The position numbers and the translations under genes were made by a program. A stretch of DNA of 64,000 nt from Lama guanicoe (Eukaryota): contig MU053810.1 in assembly GCA_013239625.1 (NCBI GenBank), forward strand, positions 3,442,071 through 3,506,070. Direction: 5' to 3'. Each line of letters begins with the position of its first letter. Within the stretch, counting starts at the first letter, position 1. The notes beneath the pieces are model-generated. The model was given only the letters and a program-made list of their open reading frames with translations, was not told the origin of the DNA and searched no databases. Positions 41,534-55,189 of this stretch are shown here, in pieces.

Positions 41534-44500
41534 AGATACGCTTCTAAAGAAGCATGCTATGGGACCTGTATTTAGATTCTTCTCTTACAAAGGTAGGTAC
41601 TTGCTACCTCTTACCCTAAACATTCTCTTTCCTGTCCTGGAGCTCAGAATTTGGGGACTTGAACTAAGTATTGCTATTGAACACTTCTGAGAAAGATCCT
41701 GGTCCTGCCTGTGACCTTGCCTGAGACAGATACACCCCTTCATTATGATCAGTCCACAAGTCAGGTTCTCATTTTGCTAATAAAACATGGTCTTCACTAC
41801 CTACATATCAATGTCTAGGTGTCTGAATCTTCTCTCAGTCAGTGATGTAGAAAACACATCCTTAAGCCACTCAGTAATGACCTCATACTGTCACCAAGTC
41901 GGACTGGAAAAACTGATTCCTGAAGCAATCATTTATTCAAGCTTTATCTCCATAGAATGCCGGATTAGGAGGGGGCCATACACATCACTGAGGCCCCGTG
42001 TCACATTCTGCCCTTGGCTTTCACAGAAGTCAGTAATAAACAGTTATGCATATCTAATAATTTCTGTCCTCTTTTAACCAGTTGGGGATCATTCATTTTC
42101 TCTTTTAACTCCCTTTCATAGCAAATTCCCCTCAGGACCGTGGAGGGAAAATAAAGCAGTATCTCTTCTCTGAGTAGACAAGGAAAGTCACACCAGAGCT
42201 TTCTCAGTGCTACTGTGAAATTCAGACCTAGGTCTCAAGTTCAAATGTCCCAGTGTCTTTAGCCAAGGCTGCAAAAAAATTACGGTAAATATGTATGTCC
42301 TTCTCCTTCTTTACAGCTTGATATTTTTACCCTGCTTGCTTTCTCCTTTATTCTACCTATATTTTCACTGTTAAAAGTCTCAAAGGCTTTTGGAGAGTTC
42401 GACACGTTATAAACAGCTCATCTTCATCCATAAAAGGAGTCAAAGAGTGATGATACACTGCATCTTGATTCACTTAGAAGCCACTTCTCAGGAAAGGAGA
42501 CGCGATAACACGTAGATGAAGCATGTGTGTCTACGATGAAAGGGGAGGAAAAAGAGAAAAAAAATGATGATTCCAAGGCCAGATGCTTGGGAAGCAAAAG
42601 AACAGAGCAGAAGGATCTGAGAAGGAAATTCATCTTTAGGAAGCCAGTTATCAGCAGATCTTTACTAGTTCACATCCGGCAGCTGCTGGTCATACACACA
42701 GGATCCAGAGATGAACTTAAAGGAACAGCTAGCCTGGTGCCGAGCTGGGAGCCGTCATTCTAGTCCAGCCCTATCACCCAGTGCTTTCTAATCCTGTGTC
42801 TGTCTTCTCATCTGTAAAATAAAGAGATTATGGAGGGAGGAGGGGGGAGCCACAGGTACTATCTGGTTGTAATGTTTTCTGATTTTTGAGGTAGAATCTA
42901 AGAAATGAAGAGAACCTGATGATCAAAGAGGTGTAACTCTGGAGTCACTCCTTCGTTTGCATACTGGGCTCCAAGAATCTCCCAGGGGGTGTGAATGGGA
43001 GAGGAGTAAGCAAGGCAGTTTACTGGGTGCAAGAAACAAATGACCAGAACACCTCATTCTTTTTACCTTAAATGGTAAGAAATGCATCTTTTTATCAACA
43101 CCAGCACCTTCCTTTGGGTTCACGTGTTCCATGGCCCTATGTCAAGTGTTTGGTTTATTTACGGTAGGAGGTCATCTTTGTGGTTTTATTAAAAAAACAA
43201 AAACAAAAAAAAACTTTTAAGTAATGAGGTGGAGAGTGAAGACAAAACACAAAAATATTTTGTACTAAATGGAGGTGTTAGAGTTACTTCATGACACAAT
43301 ACATAGAAGAATTTGTTCTAAATTTATTCACCTACTTTATGATCACAGGTGGCTGGTAGATTTTTTTCTTTTAATGAGCTTACTCAACCCCTTCAAGGTA
43401 AAGATGAGGCTTTAACAAGTGCAGGAAAAGAGTTGGCATTTGGAAAGAAATATACTATGGAAAAAATATTTTGAAAAGAGATGTGCTTTTGTTTCTACAG
43501 AGAACTTAGAAATACTTTTCTAGTCTAACTGAACAATTTCCATAACTATAAAGCGCTTTCTTTTTATTTTGAACTCTTTATATTTATTAATATAAGCTCT
43601 AATAACTTTTGTGAGAATGTAATGAAAATAGAAATTTACCAGATTTTAACCGAAGGTTTTGTATTACTGGTAGATGGTTTGAAAATGAGAATCACTAGTT
43701 AATAAATTTAGTCAATAATGCTCTTCATCCATTTGGACCCATAAACCTTTGTGAGGTAACTTTTTTTCAGCTATTATAAGTTTTAAAGCCAAATAGCAAG
43801 ATAAACTGAATGTAGGACTAGACTTTCAAGTTGCTTTATCACAAAGTGCTCACCAAGATTGTTAAAAACTGATAGAAATTCATCCCCATTACCTTCAAAA
43901 AAAAAAATTAATGATAACTTTGAACAAGAGTAAGTTTTTAGCTGTTAATATTTATCTTTACTGCAACCTTTTAAAACTTCTGTATTGTAAAACAAAATAA
44001 TGCAATAGTCCACACATGAAATGTATAAATAAAAATCAAATATTGAGGATATATGCTCAGATTTTTTCACTGATGTGATACACAATTAAAACTTGGATAC
44101 CTGGCAAGTCGGTGGTAATCACGCCAGTATATCTTTGTTTTTCCCAACCTCACAAAAAGGTGAGAACTTTTAGAATCACTGTTTACTTAATCATTTCTCC
44201 CAATACAATCAAAAATGCCTTTCGTCAAAGGATTTCCTGGGACAGCTGCCCAAAGAAAAATATCCCTATTTCAAGCAAGTATATTTATTTCACAAACAGA
44301 AATTTACAAGTTATTTCTGCCTCATCAAATTCAATACGTAGAAGATTTCTTTCCAACCATCACACCTAAGTACATGCCTTGGTTGCCTAATTATAAAAGT
44401 ACCGCATGCTCAGTAGTGGGGGAAAAAAATCAAACTATAAAGAGAGATAGGTAATCACATACACAAAAAGATCCAAGTAGAAAAAGGAAAGTTATCTGTA

Positions 44501-46755
44501 ATCCCTCCCCTCCTCAGAGAGACATATAATACTTTCAAAACACACTGGCTACTTTCTTACTTCACGGTCACTTCTCCGTAGCAGAACACTCACCTCTAAG
44601 AACATGTTCAATAGCTACAATGTATTTCAATATACAGATACATCGTATTTCATTCATCCTAACTATCACACTAATCGACATTTATATTACTTCCAATCTG
44701 TTTGTTATTACAGAAGACCTGTGTTTTGATTTTTGTTTTTTAAGGAAACACAAGATAAAAGTTCTCTCCTCAGCTGGTGTATCCATTCATTTTATGTAAA
44801 TATTTCTAGCTTTTAGCTCACTATTTTGGACTATCCCACATCATCAGAACAGTCTTTTCTTCTTATAAATTACCAAATTGAAACGAATTCTTAAATGGTT
44901 TCCTGTTTTGGAGGTTCAGAAAGGGGCATCAAGTTGTTCTAAAATAGTATTCGGCCACTCTGGTTAAGTGGAAAATGACAATTGCATTCAAAATGTTACG
45001 TGCACTGAAGCTTTTTTGGAACTCTTGAAGAAATTTTTCACATGAGGAAACAAGGTATTTTCTTAAAAACAGGAAGAGCCTAAAAGACTTATATTTATAA
45101 TCCTAAAAGTCCTTATTTTGAAATTAATGAAAAATTGCACATTGTGTATTAAGCTGAAGTCACACTGACTACACTCTCATTCAGCACACTTCCCAAGGCC
45201 TATTCAGGGCGGTCTGTGACTTATAAAATATGAATTAAAGAGATTTCTTTAATAAGATAGAATATTTTGGTTTTTTTTGTATCAAACATTTAATATTTTA
45301 AAATAATAGGATAGGAATAATCCTTTCTTAGGTAGTCGATCACCCAAGTTAGATATATATTACCATCCTTTTATAAAAGGCCTCTAACTTTCTACTTAAT
45401 TTAAGCTCTAAAAAAAGAAAAATTAAAGTCCAATTTTTAAATAAATGCATTCTCCAGGGGCTAATTTTAAAGCCTGCATTCATCTGAACTAGCCAGTAAT
45501 TTAGGCCTCCTGAAAATTGACAACTGTAACCACTACTGTCATAATGAAACATCTATATAAAGTGGAAATAATAGCTTATCTGGGTGGCTTTGGCTTATAA
45601 TCCTGACCTTTCCTTTCCTACCAAGAGCTCTGCCTTTGTTCCTTGAATTTTTTCAAATGTTCTCAGGAGTTGTGTTTCTTTGGTGAAAGAGCAATGTTAT
45701 TTTTTATAGTACGTAGAAGAGTTAATTAAAATAGGGAATTGTATTCTATTATGAAAATACACAGTATACTCATTCACTTCTGCTGAAAGGAAACATTCCA
45801 CTGCTATCTCCTTTCTGAATCCCACTTATCCAAGCAGAGAGGAGCCAGGCACTCACAGGGATCGGGCGAAGCTCCCCCTCCCCTACCTGGCCTTGCCAGG
45901 CTGCAGAACATTTGTAAAGTCAGCACAGGTGACTGACATATTTACATCAGATAACGGGCAGAGGGGACAGCGTGTGGAATCAAGCTCCCAGCCAGAGAGA
46001 CAGGACAGCAGGTGGGCGGTAAGACTCAGCCTTTACAAAGCAAACACACACTCTGCTGACGGACTCCGGTGGACGTCCACTGCATTTTCTGAACAGATCC
46101 ATCTGCATCACCCAGAGGTCAAGTCTAATGTGAAGCAGCAAGACTGAACAACTAACTACAAACTCCTGACTGGGATACTTCCAGCTGAAGAATCCTGCCT
46201 GCCGATCAGCGCTCTCAGGGTGGGTGTAGTCTAAGTTCCGTGGGGGATGGCTACTTGAAATGAGTCAACCATAAGCAGTGGACACTATGCTGCTTCTGGG
46301 ATCCGAGGACCCTCTGCCCGACACATCACCAAGTTCCAGTGTCCCACACCACTGCTGTCCCACTCTGTCTCGACCCCAACTTCCAGACTTAGAGGAAAGC
46401 AACAATTTGATCTTGCTGCTCTGAAGGAAGGAAGGGAGGAAAGAAAGGAAAGGAGAGGAGAGGAGAAGAAAGAAAGAAGGAAAATCATCCAGCTCTGTTT
46501 GCAGGGAACCTGAGGACCATACAGCAGAAGGAAGAACAAATTTGTGAAAAGCGGGCCAGTTGAAAGCAGCTCTCCTTGGATGGAGACGCCACAGCCCTCC
46601 ATGCAGCCTGTTCTCCACGCCCCAGACCTGCTGCCCCCTCCCTGCCCACGTGTGCAGCTCTTTTATTAGACTACCTACAGCTCCTCTGAACAGAACTTGA
46701 GATGGGCTAAAAGCACCCTCTTAAAAAAAAGTAAAAAAAAAAAAAAGCGTATCTT

Positions 46756-47340
46756 GGCCACTTTGCCTTCTGTATGAGAAGACCCGCACTCTATGGACTA
46801 TCTACTTTTAGTTTATTTTTTAAATATATTTTTATTGAAGTACGGTAAGTTTACAATGTTGTGTATAGCACAATATTTCAGTCATATAGGAACATACATA
46901 TATTGATTTTCATATTCTTTTTACCCATAAATTACTACAAGATACTGAATATAGTTCCCTGTGCTCTATAGTATAAACTTGTTCATCTATTTTATATATA
47001 GTAGTTAGTATCTGCACATCTCAGACTCCCAATTTATCCCTTCCCACCCTCTTCCCCCTCTGGTAATCATAAGCTTGTTTTCTGTCTGTGAGTCTGTTTC
47101 TGTTTTGTAAATAAGTTTGTCTTTTTTTTTTTTTAAGATTCCACGTATAAGTGATATCATATGGTATTTTTCTTTCTCTTTCTTACTTTTACTTTAAACT
47201 GAGCACCCAACCCCCACACTGAGAGGCCTTTCTCTTGCCTTCTAAAACAGCCTGCACTCTGTCTATGGAGTATGTATCTCTCTGAATAAATCTACCTTTA
47301 CTCAAAAAAAAAAAAAAAGAAACAAAGAAAGAAGATAAAT
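46756..47340 (+). mobile_element. Poly(A)-tailed LTR-like retrocopy (copy A), interrupted by an L1 fragment
   Basis: Shares blocks with 55933-56106. AATAAA 47285-47290, poly(A) from 47304, GTATCTT at both 46749-46755 and 47341-47347. Confidence 0.8.
46816..47183 (-). mobile_element. Young L1 3' end nested in copy A
   Basis: Reverse complement of the L1 3'UTR family seen at 9.4 and 32.0 kb. TSD TACTTTTA(G/C)TTTA at 46803-46815 and 47184-47196. Confidence 0.92.
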
Positions 47341-47389
47341 GTATCTTTTTATTCAAATCTTTGCCATTCAACTTAGAGGTACTCAGAGT

Positions 47390-47830
47390 ACAGACTAGGA
47401 GATGTGGTAAAGGGGCTCTCACCTACATCGTGAGGATCACAAAGGGGTTCAGCCCTCTCTGAAAGCAACCTGGCAACATCTACCAAGAGCCTTAACTCTG
47501 AGCAAGTCACTCCCCAAAAGGGGAATTTGTTCAAAAAAAATCACCCAATAAAAAAAAACATTTTATATAGAGAGATGTTGACAGCAACATTATTTATGGT
47601 AGCAAAAAACTGGAACCAATGAATAGACTATTAACCCTGCATGGACTATTAGGCAGTTGTTAAAAAAGACCACTCTGAAGAATACATAATGATACAAGGA
47701 AATACATAGACAGTATAGTCTCAGAGAGATTTTTCAAAAAGACACTGGAAAGATACCCACTAAAACATTAACATTGCTTGTTGCTTCTGGGTAGAATGAT
47801 CATGGTAATTCCTCACTATTTTTGTCAATA
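47390..47830 (+). mobile_element. Ancient L1 (L1ME-like) fragment
   Basis: CTGAAAGCAACCTGGCAACATCTACCAA and CAGCAACATTATTTATGGTAGCAAAAAACTGGAACCAA motifs. Confidence 0.65.
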
Positions 47831-48168
47831 TTTTTCATACAGAAAATATGCCATACACACATACACATATACATGTCTCTCTTCTTATTAGAACTTAAAT
47901 TTCACTGAAGCCATGAACATCTCTACTTCACCTAAACAAACTTAAGAACAAAGAAGTTCCATCTAACACAAAATAAAAATATTCACTATTGCTGATTTAC
48001 TGGATCAAATCTTCATTGGCACATTTTAAATTTGTGAATATCTGATGCCAAAACTACAAGAGAAAAGTAAATAAGTCAGAGGGGCACACTAGCTTCTCTT
48101 AACCTATATCGTTCATCTAAAATGTCTCTTAAATTTGCCTCTGTCCTACGCCTTTGGCTCAATTTTCC

Positions 48169-48195
48169 AAAAAAAAAAAAAAAAAAAAAAAAAAA
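48169..48195. repeat. A27 homopolymer
   Basis: Seen directly. No recognisable retroelement body attached. Confidence 0.95.
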
Positions 48196-51100
48196 GCCTT
48201 ACAGGTTTACCATAATTGTTCCTGAACAGTTGTTTCTATGCCAGAGCACTTGAACTTTTCAGCCATGTGCTGGCAGAATCTAATGTATGAATGGGTTCTG
48301 TTCCAACGTTCACTTGGAAGGTGGCTGTTTGGGTTGATGAGGAAACATATTCCAAGCTCTAACACAGTAAAAGCCTGGGGTCTTGGTTCTGTGAGGGAGG
48401 GGTCAGTTAAAAAGAAAGCTTCTTCTCAGGCTCCCAGGCACAGAAGAAAGCTGGAGGAAATTTTCAAAAAGGTACAGCTGATTAGCCCCACAGTGAAAAT
48501 GTGCACAGCAAAATGACATAGTCATTTTGGAAACTGATAGAGGCAGGCAGGGCAGACTTGTGAAAGACACATGAACACCCCAGACCCTGTGAGTGCGAGA
48601 GCAGGGAAAGGGCAATGTATTCGGGCAGAAGGATAACTTGGGAAATTCCAGAGTAAAGAAATTCACCTTCTGCTTATTTAGATCAGCGCCTTCAAATTTT
48701 TTAAGACTATGGATGACTCAGTGAACAAGGCTTCCAACCCCATTTCCACCTGATTATCCCTGGAAGTAAGGAGGGAGAGGAGGAGGGAGATTCCAACCTG
48801 GGCATCCAGCTACACAGAACAAATTGTAAATACAAATGTTTCTGTTTACAATGCAATATATATGTTCCTGAAAAACTTCAGGTTCTGTATATACACCAAA
48901 AATAGATTTTAGGCAGATCATTCAAAATCTGTGGAAGGTTTAAAAAAAATAATAAAATGCTAAATGCTATACATACCAGTCTTCAAAATGGGTTAATTTC
49001 TAAGAAATACAGGAGGAATTTTATCTTTAAAAATACAATCATGAAGATCAATCGATGGAAAGAATATAAGGAATGAAAGCTTTGATAGAGTAGAACCAAC
49101 TGCACAAAGATGGACAGAACTGTGAGATTAGTTCTTCTAGGACCTAGTACCTGGCCACCTGGGTCAAGAGAAGAGCGAGGATAAGGGGACAAGGTGTCCA
49201 TCATCCTACCCACTCTGCTGCCTTTGGCCAGGTTGTGTATCTTTGCATCCAGTTATTGTTACCTGGAGGCATTAAACAGTGATGTACCCAAGGAAAGTTG
49301 TGTATGGAGCAATTTCTGCCTCATACAACACCACTCCCCATTTACCAATCTTGTGTAAACTGATTTGCATTATGGAGCACACATGTAGTGGAAAGTCTGC
49401 ATAATACGCATTTTCTAAAGTAGATCCAAATCTGCAGAGGAAGCCCCACTTTCTTTTTGTCTGTCCGGGCTAACCACCACCTGAAAGCTTCCTCAAGGAT
49501 CCCAGCACTTAGGAACTGCACAGGAGAAGTTCTGGATGCATGACCCAAGAAAAGCAGGGCAGCTGCTAGCACACAGGGCCCCTCTGTGCACACCAGAAAA
49601 TGAGCTCCCTCTGTGCAGGCCAATTACAAAAAGGGAGCCTGTCTCTGGCCACTGCAGCCCTTTGCCATGGCGTGCAGGTGGCAACTGATCTCAGGCCCCC
49701 TGCCCCTCCCACCCGAGCGTCTCTGTGCAGGTTACGTGACACATGGTGCCATCGTGGTCCCTCGTTCTTGGGTCAATTAATGCAGCACACCTTCCTCAAC
49801 GTGCAGGTGGACACAAAAACAAAGCATGTGTCTTACAATCACAAATAGCACTCAGCTCTGAAGGCTAGGATGTCTAGCAACTTGCAGACATGATTCAAGT
49901 CCTAAATAACCAAGCCCAAAGGAATTAGTGCAAACAGAAGTCATTTAAAGAGGAGTACGTGTGAGAGAATGGAAATAAACAAAACTGTCAGAACAGAAGA
50001 TGAGAAGCGTAAGAAAGGTTTAGCACGTCCCTGGAAATGACACTGACCCATTATGCTTTGTCTATGAAACTTAACTCGGTCTATGACTTTTTTCTCCAGC
50101 CTCTTTATCAGGTTAATTCCAACTCGTTCTCCAAGATCCAACTCAAACAGCACTAGCTCTCCCTGGGCAGTTTATGAATCCTCCGCAGATTCATGCACAT
50201 GTGCTGGGGAGAGCGGTCCCTGGCCCAGAAGGATTCCAAGGGCTTGAAAACTGTCATTGCCCCTCCACCCGGGTGCCACCCAGCAGCCGAGCCCAGACTA
50301 CAAGAGACCCGTGGCCACTGACTCTCTTTTCTTCTCTCTCCCTTCCTCTCACTCTTCAGAAATCAGAAATTAGGGCACAGAGTGGCTAAATGCCATCTGA
50401 ATGGACCTGGATCGGGAAGCAAGTGAGCTTGGAATCTGGGTATTGTCTACTTGCATAAAGCAGCTGAGAAAAGACCATATTCTTAGAACAAAAGTTCACA
50501 AAAAGTCATGCAAAGATCAGACAGAAAGTGAACAATGAAGTGCTTCGGATCCTGGTCTCTGTGTGGCTCTCAGCTGAGGTTCTGTCCTGTTCCAGCGATT
50601 ACCCCAAAACCCCTTCCTGCTTTTTCCTTTAGCGAATCTGCCTTGTGTGACTGTCATTTACAACCAAATAAACCTTGAAGGCAGTTCTGTTAATTCACCA
50701 ATTTAGCAACTTGTTTACATAATTACATGCCTATCTTCCAAGTAGGGCTATGAACTCCTTATAAGTGAAAACTGTCTTTTTCAGAGTTCTTTCTCTAAAG
50801 TCTTAAAGAAAACACCTTAAAAAAAAAAAAAAAGAAACCTAAACCAATTACAGGTTATTGGTAGTAGAACTTTAGATATGAAGATAATCCTTTTTAACAA
50901 AATGAAGTACATATTAGTTAAAACTAGACGGTTAAACCACGTATCAGGAATCTATTTAGATCGAGGACATCAAATGCTAAATTATCCATCAAATGCTGGA
51001 TTTGCCTTATACACTATAACATTTGTGAAAACTTCAAAACAGGAAATATAATCATTTCCATGCAGGAGTAACAGATAATGTATGTATGCAGATAAGACAG

Positions 51101-52631
51101 ACCAAAAAGATAACCACTAATGTTACGAAAGTAGGAATGAAGAAACCACTTAGGTACCAAACTCAAAAACCTGGGGTTGCCCTTGATTCCTTCCTATCTG
51201 TTCCCCCACGTGGTTACCACATCCAGCTGATTCAACTTCCCAAACATCTCCTGGACACATCCTCACACCCTCTCTCTTTGCCACCATGCAACTGCCCTAG
51301 TTCGGACTCTGGTGGCCTCTTACCCAGAGGACACCAATGGCTTTCTCAGAGCCTCCTCTGGATGCAGGACTCAACCCTGGGACAGCCTGAGAAGGACCCA
51401 ACCAGTACCCACTGGGGGCTCCGATCTCTTCCTCACTTGTCATCTATCATCCCGTCTCTGCAGAAACGTGAATGCCGGCAATGTCCACTTCTGCTATAGG
51501 GTGGAGCTGGGTTATTTCCATCAACTCTGTCACTGAAAACAAGAAAATATTTTTTAAAACATTTTCTTAAAGACATCCAGGTGCTGAAGAGGAAGGAGTT
51601 ACCTCAGCAAAACCTGAGTGAAAGTTGGGTGCAAGAGCTGTCAGCTCCCACCAAAGCCACTTCACTCTGAGGGCTTTGGTGGTCCCGTGGGCTGAGGACA
51701 ACAGAAGTCAGAGCCCAGAGCCCGGCCAAGGTGGGGGACTCTAACCCTTTCACCATGAGGCTAGGATCCAAAAGGGTCACATCCTAGGGTAAAGGTGAAC
51801 CAGAAATAAACCCACTCTACCCCCAGGGGACTGCAGCCTAAACTTGTGTCACCAGCAAGTCCCAAAGATTCCAATCTGTGAGTTTAGTTTAAAACAGCCT
51901 TGATCTGTAGTGCCCTAGCCACCTGGCAACAGGAAACAATCCTCTCTAGAAGGACACACTTTGACTCAAAAATCCCCCGCAAATAACTGTCCAAGGTAAA
52001 TGAGCAGCTCAGAGCCAAAAGAACCAAGCAAACATGGGAACGAGGCACCATGACTGAGAACCAGCAGCAACGTAACACAGGAGAAAGATGCCCCGGAAGA
52101 CCTGAGTATCATCACTGCTCTTACAGCGTTTGAAGAATCTTAAATTTAACTTAAGGCAGGCTTCTGAACAGTAGAACTTTCAGGGGCATCCCTGAAGCCA
52201 TTAAAAGACCCAGCTACACGAAATAAACCAGAAATAACACTGCAGTGAGCTCTTCTATAAGACAAGGTCTCCGGTGGTCTAGAGGTGCTTTTACAGTCTT
52301 CACACCGTTCACTTGGTTATGTTCTGGGGGAGAAGCTGTTTACTCCCTGAACCTTCTCGGCTGTGTTCACAAGGCAAAGTTCTCGCGGGCAGGCGGCCGC
52401 AGATGTGAGCTCTTGTGTCATCAGCTGGTGGTTGCACCACACCTCTTATCTCCAGCGCGCAGCAGGCTCTCCCCCGCTCCCTGAGGCATTGCACAACCCG
52501 CTCAGCGCTTTGCTGAGCTCAAAGCACTCTACACACACTACTCAATCCTAGCAAACAGCAAGTGCACACGCAGATGCAAACTTAACCTGGAAGGGCTCAT
52601 GGCCCACCTGCGGGGCACTTCCTGGCTCTAC

Positions 52632-53960
52632 CTGTTCATTCAACATTTATTGGGCGCCGACTACATACGAGCCCTGTTCTGGATGCGGGGACACAGCTAT
52701 AAATAAGACCCAGTCTCGGCTGCGGTGGGCCTGAAGTGAGCAGGTTAACACCCTAGTCTGGGGAGATAAATTATAAACTTGCCAACAACTGAGTTTCCGA
52801 TTGTGTCAAGTGTCACAGAGAGAATGAGGGTAATGTGACAGTGGGCAGGCTACTTTAGATGAAGTCAGGGAAGTTATCAGAGAAGGCAAGCCTTGAGCTG
52901 AGAAAGTAGCATGACAAGTAGAGGCTTGCCGTTCAGAGACCCGAGGGAAGAACATTCCAGACAGAGAGGAAAGTAAGTGCAGAAGCTCGGTGGTGGCTCT
53001 GAGCTTGGTTTGCTGAAGGGACAGAGGAAAAAGACGAGTGGCTGGAAGGGAGAAGGCACGGAGGGAGGCAGGGGCCAGGCTGGTGAGACCTCCAAGCCCC
53101 AGGAAAGAGTGTGGGTTTTATTCATAATGCAAAGGGAAGCCTCTGGGAGGTGTGCGCTGAGACAGCGACGTGGTACCACTGGCATTTCAGAAAGACCACT
53201 CTGCCACCACTGTTGAGAATCTGCACTAAGACAGGGCAAGGTGACCACGGGCAGAGCTGAGGGCTCCCACCGTGCTCTAGAGAAAGAGAATTTCTGCTGG
53301 AAGAGAGGAGTAGGCAGAGTCCAGACTCAAAATTGGGATTTGGGAGGGCAGGAGAGGAAAAGAGAAGAATCAAGGTTGGTCCCTGGGTTTGGGGCTTGAG
53401 CATTTGGGTAGATGGTGGTTCATTTACTGAGAAAAGGAAGAAACTAGGGTTAAGGGCAGGGCGGGCAATGGGGTGGGGCGGGGGGGAGGAACCAAGAGTC
53501 CCAGTGGGGACACACCTGAGATGCCTGTTAGGTATTCGAAGGAGGATGTCTAGTAAAAAATTGAGTAGGGAAGTCAGAACTGAAGGTACACATTGCTCAA
53601 TTACCAGCAAGAGAAGCCACGGAACTAAAGAATGTCATGTAGCTAAAATACGCTCTGTAGTCACAGAGGGGACAGGGACGGAGTCCTGGGGCATCCCGGG
53701 GTTTAGAGATTGAGAACGGGGAGGAGTCCGGCAAGGCACCTAAGGAGTGAAGGAAGATAAGAGGAAAACAAAAAAAAAGGCGGGGGGGCCTGGATGTGAA
53801 AACATGAAGGTCCCCTGGGGATGCTCAAACAGCAGCTTCCTGGGAGTGGTGAGGAGCAGCTAACAACAGGACACAGCAGGTCTGAACGAGGCTTTTCAAC
53901 TTCTGCTATAAAAAGGAACAGAGACGCAGAGGGGACGCGGAAGTGAGAGATGCTACACGG
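52632..53960 (-). mobile_element. LINE-2 3' portion
   Basis: Starts TTCATTCAACATTTATTG (reverse complement of the L2 3' terminus), then a purine-rich L2 body (GGGAAGAACATTCCAGACAGAG, AGAAGAATCAAGGTTGGTCCCTGGGTTTGGGGCTTGAG). Confidence 0.85.
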
Positions 53961-54069
53961 TCTAAGGAGGGGTTTTGTCATCATGCCTGTTTATTTTGCT
54001 GTCAAGGTGGGAGGTTCTGGAGCAGGGAGCACGTCCAATAGGAAGTGAGCAACAGTGGAAAAAGTCGGT

Positions 54070-54207
54070 TTCTCCAGTTCAGTGGCCACCACCCCCATGT
54101 GGCTACCGAGCACTGGATAGGAAAATCTGAATCTTAAGATTTAAGTTTAATTAAGTAAAATTTAACTCTCCATGTGTGATCAGTAGCTACCACACTAGAC
54201 AGTGCAG
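54070..54207. mobile_element. MER3/MER33-like hAT MITE
   Basis: CCATGTGGCTACCGAGCACT...CATGTGTGATCAGTAGCTACCACACTAGACAGTGCAG. Confidence 0.65.
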
Positions 54208-54633
54208 CCCCCATCAGCGCATCTGTAGGCTGATGGATTCAGTACCCAAAAGTCAGTGGACTGGGTGGGTAATGGGGAGAGGGGAAGGCGGTGGCTTCTG
54301 CTTGTTCAAAGCTTTCTAAAGCATGAAAGGTAATCAGCTACAGGGGGACGGGTTGGTTAGCGGGACAAAAGGAACAAAACACAAGAGGGAAGTTTAAGAA
54401 GAGGGAAAAGGTAAGAAATATGAGATTCAGGGTAAATTTTAAAGTGGCCCTTGTCAGAACTCTTGTTAAGTTTTTCTCTGGCAAATATCAACTACTTGGC
54501 CTTTTAAAATCTGGCCTCAAATTACCTTTTTAACCATCTCCTAACATTCCCCATCATTTACCTCTGTGCTTTTCAACCTTCCTGGTTGGAGAACCTTTTT
54601 TCCCTTGTGTGTGCACAGTATGTATTCAGCCCT

Positions 54634-54636
<3 letters not shown>

Positions 54637-54682
<46 letters not shown>
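54637..54682. repeat. (AC)n microsatellite, ~23 units
   Basis: Seen directly. Confidence 0.97.
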
Positions 54683-54684
<2 letters not shown>

Positions 54685-54847
54685 TGATGACAATGAGAAC
54701 AAAAAAAAAGCTGTTCCAGATGAAGCTGAGGGAGGGGCTAAATTCCCCCCACAGGCTCCACACCCTCCCACCAGCCTCAGCCTTGGCCTCAGCCTCAGAG
54801 GCACCTCCAGGGAACCCCAAGGTTTGAAACTGAAGCTTTACCCCAGA

Positions 54848-54995
54848 CAGTCCTTCTCAAACTGGAATGTGCTTACAAATCGCCTGTCATTAAAATGCAC
54901 ATTCTGCCCCAGAAGGTCTGCAGAGAGGCTCACAATTCCGCATTTCCAACAGGCTCCTGGGTGATGACTGACGCCAGGGCTCTGTGAATTACACT
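54848..54995. mobile_element. MER5-like hAT MITE
   Basis: TTCTCAAACTGGAATGTGC..TTAAAATGCACATTCTG..GCATTTCCAACAGGCTCCTGGGTGATG. Confidence 0.7.
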
Positions 54996-55189
54996 GAGTG
55001 AGTGGCGAGGCCCGAGGCCACCGCCACACCAGACCACTGTGCATCGCCTACTTGGACTGCTTACTTTTGCCACTGTTGTCCCCTTGGCCACATATACCTT
55101 TCCTTGCCTTCTCTAGCTGGCAGATTCTACTCTCAATGTCAGCACCCCTTGAACCTTCTCCAAGAGTCCTGGGCAGAAGTATCATGATC

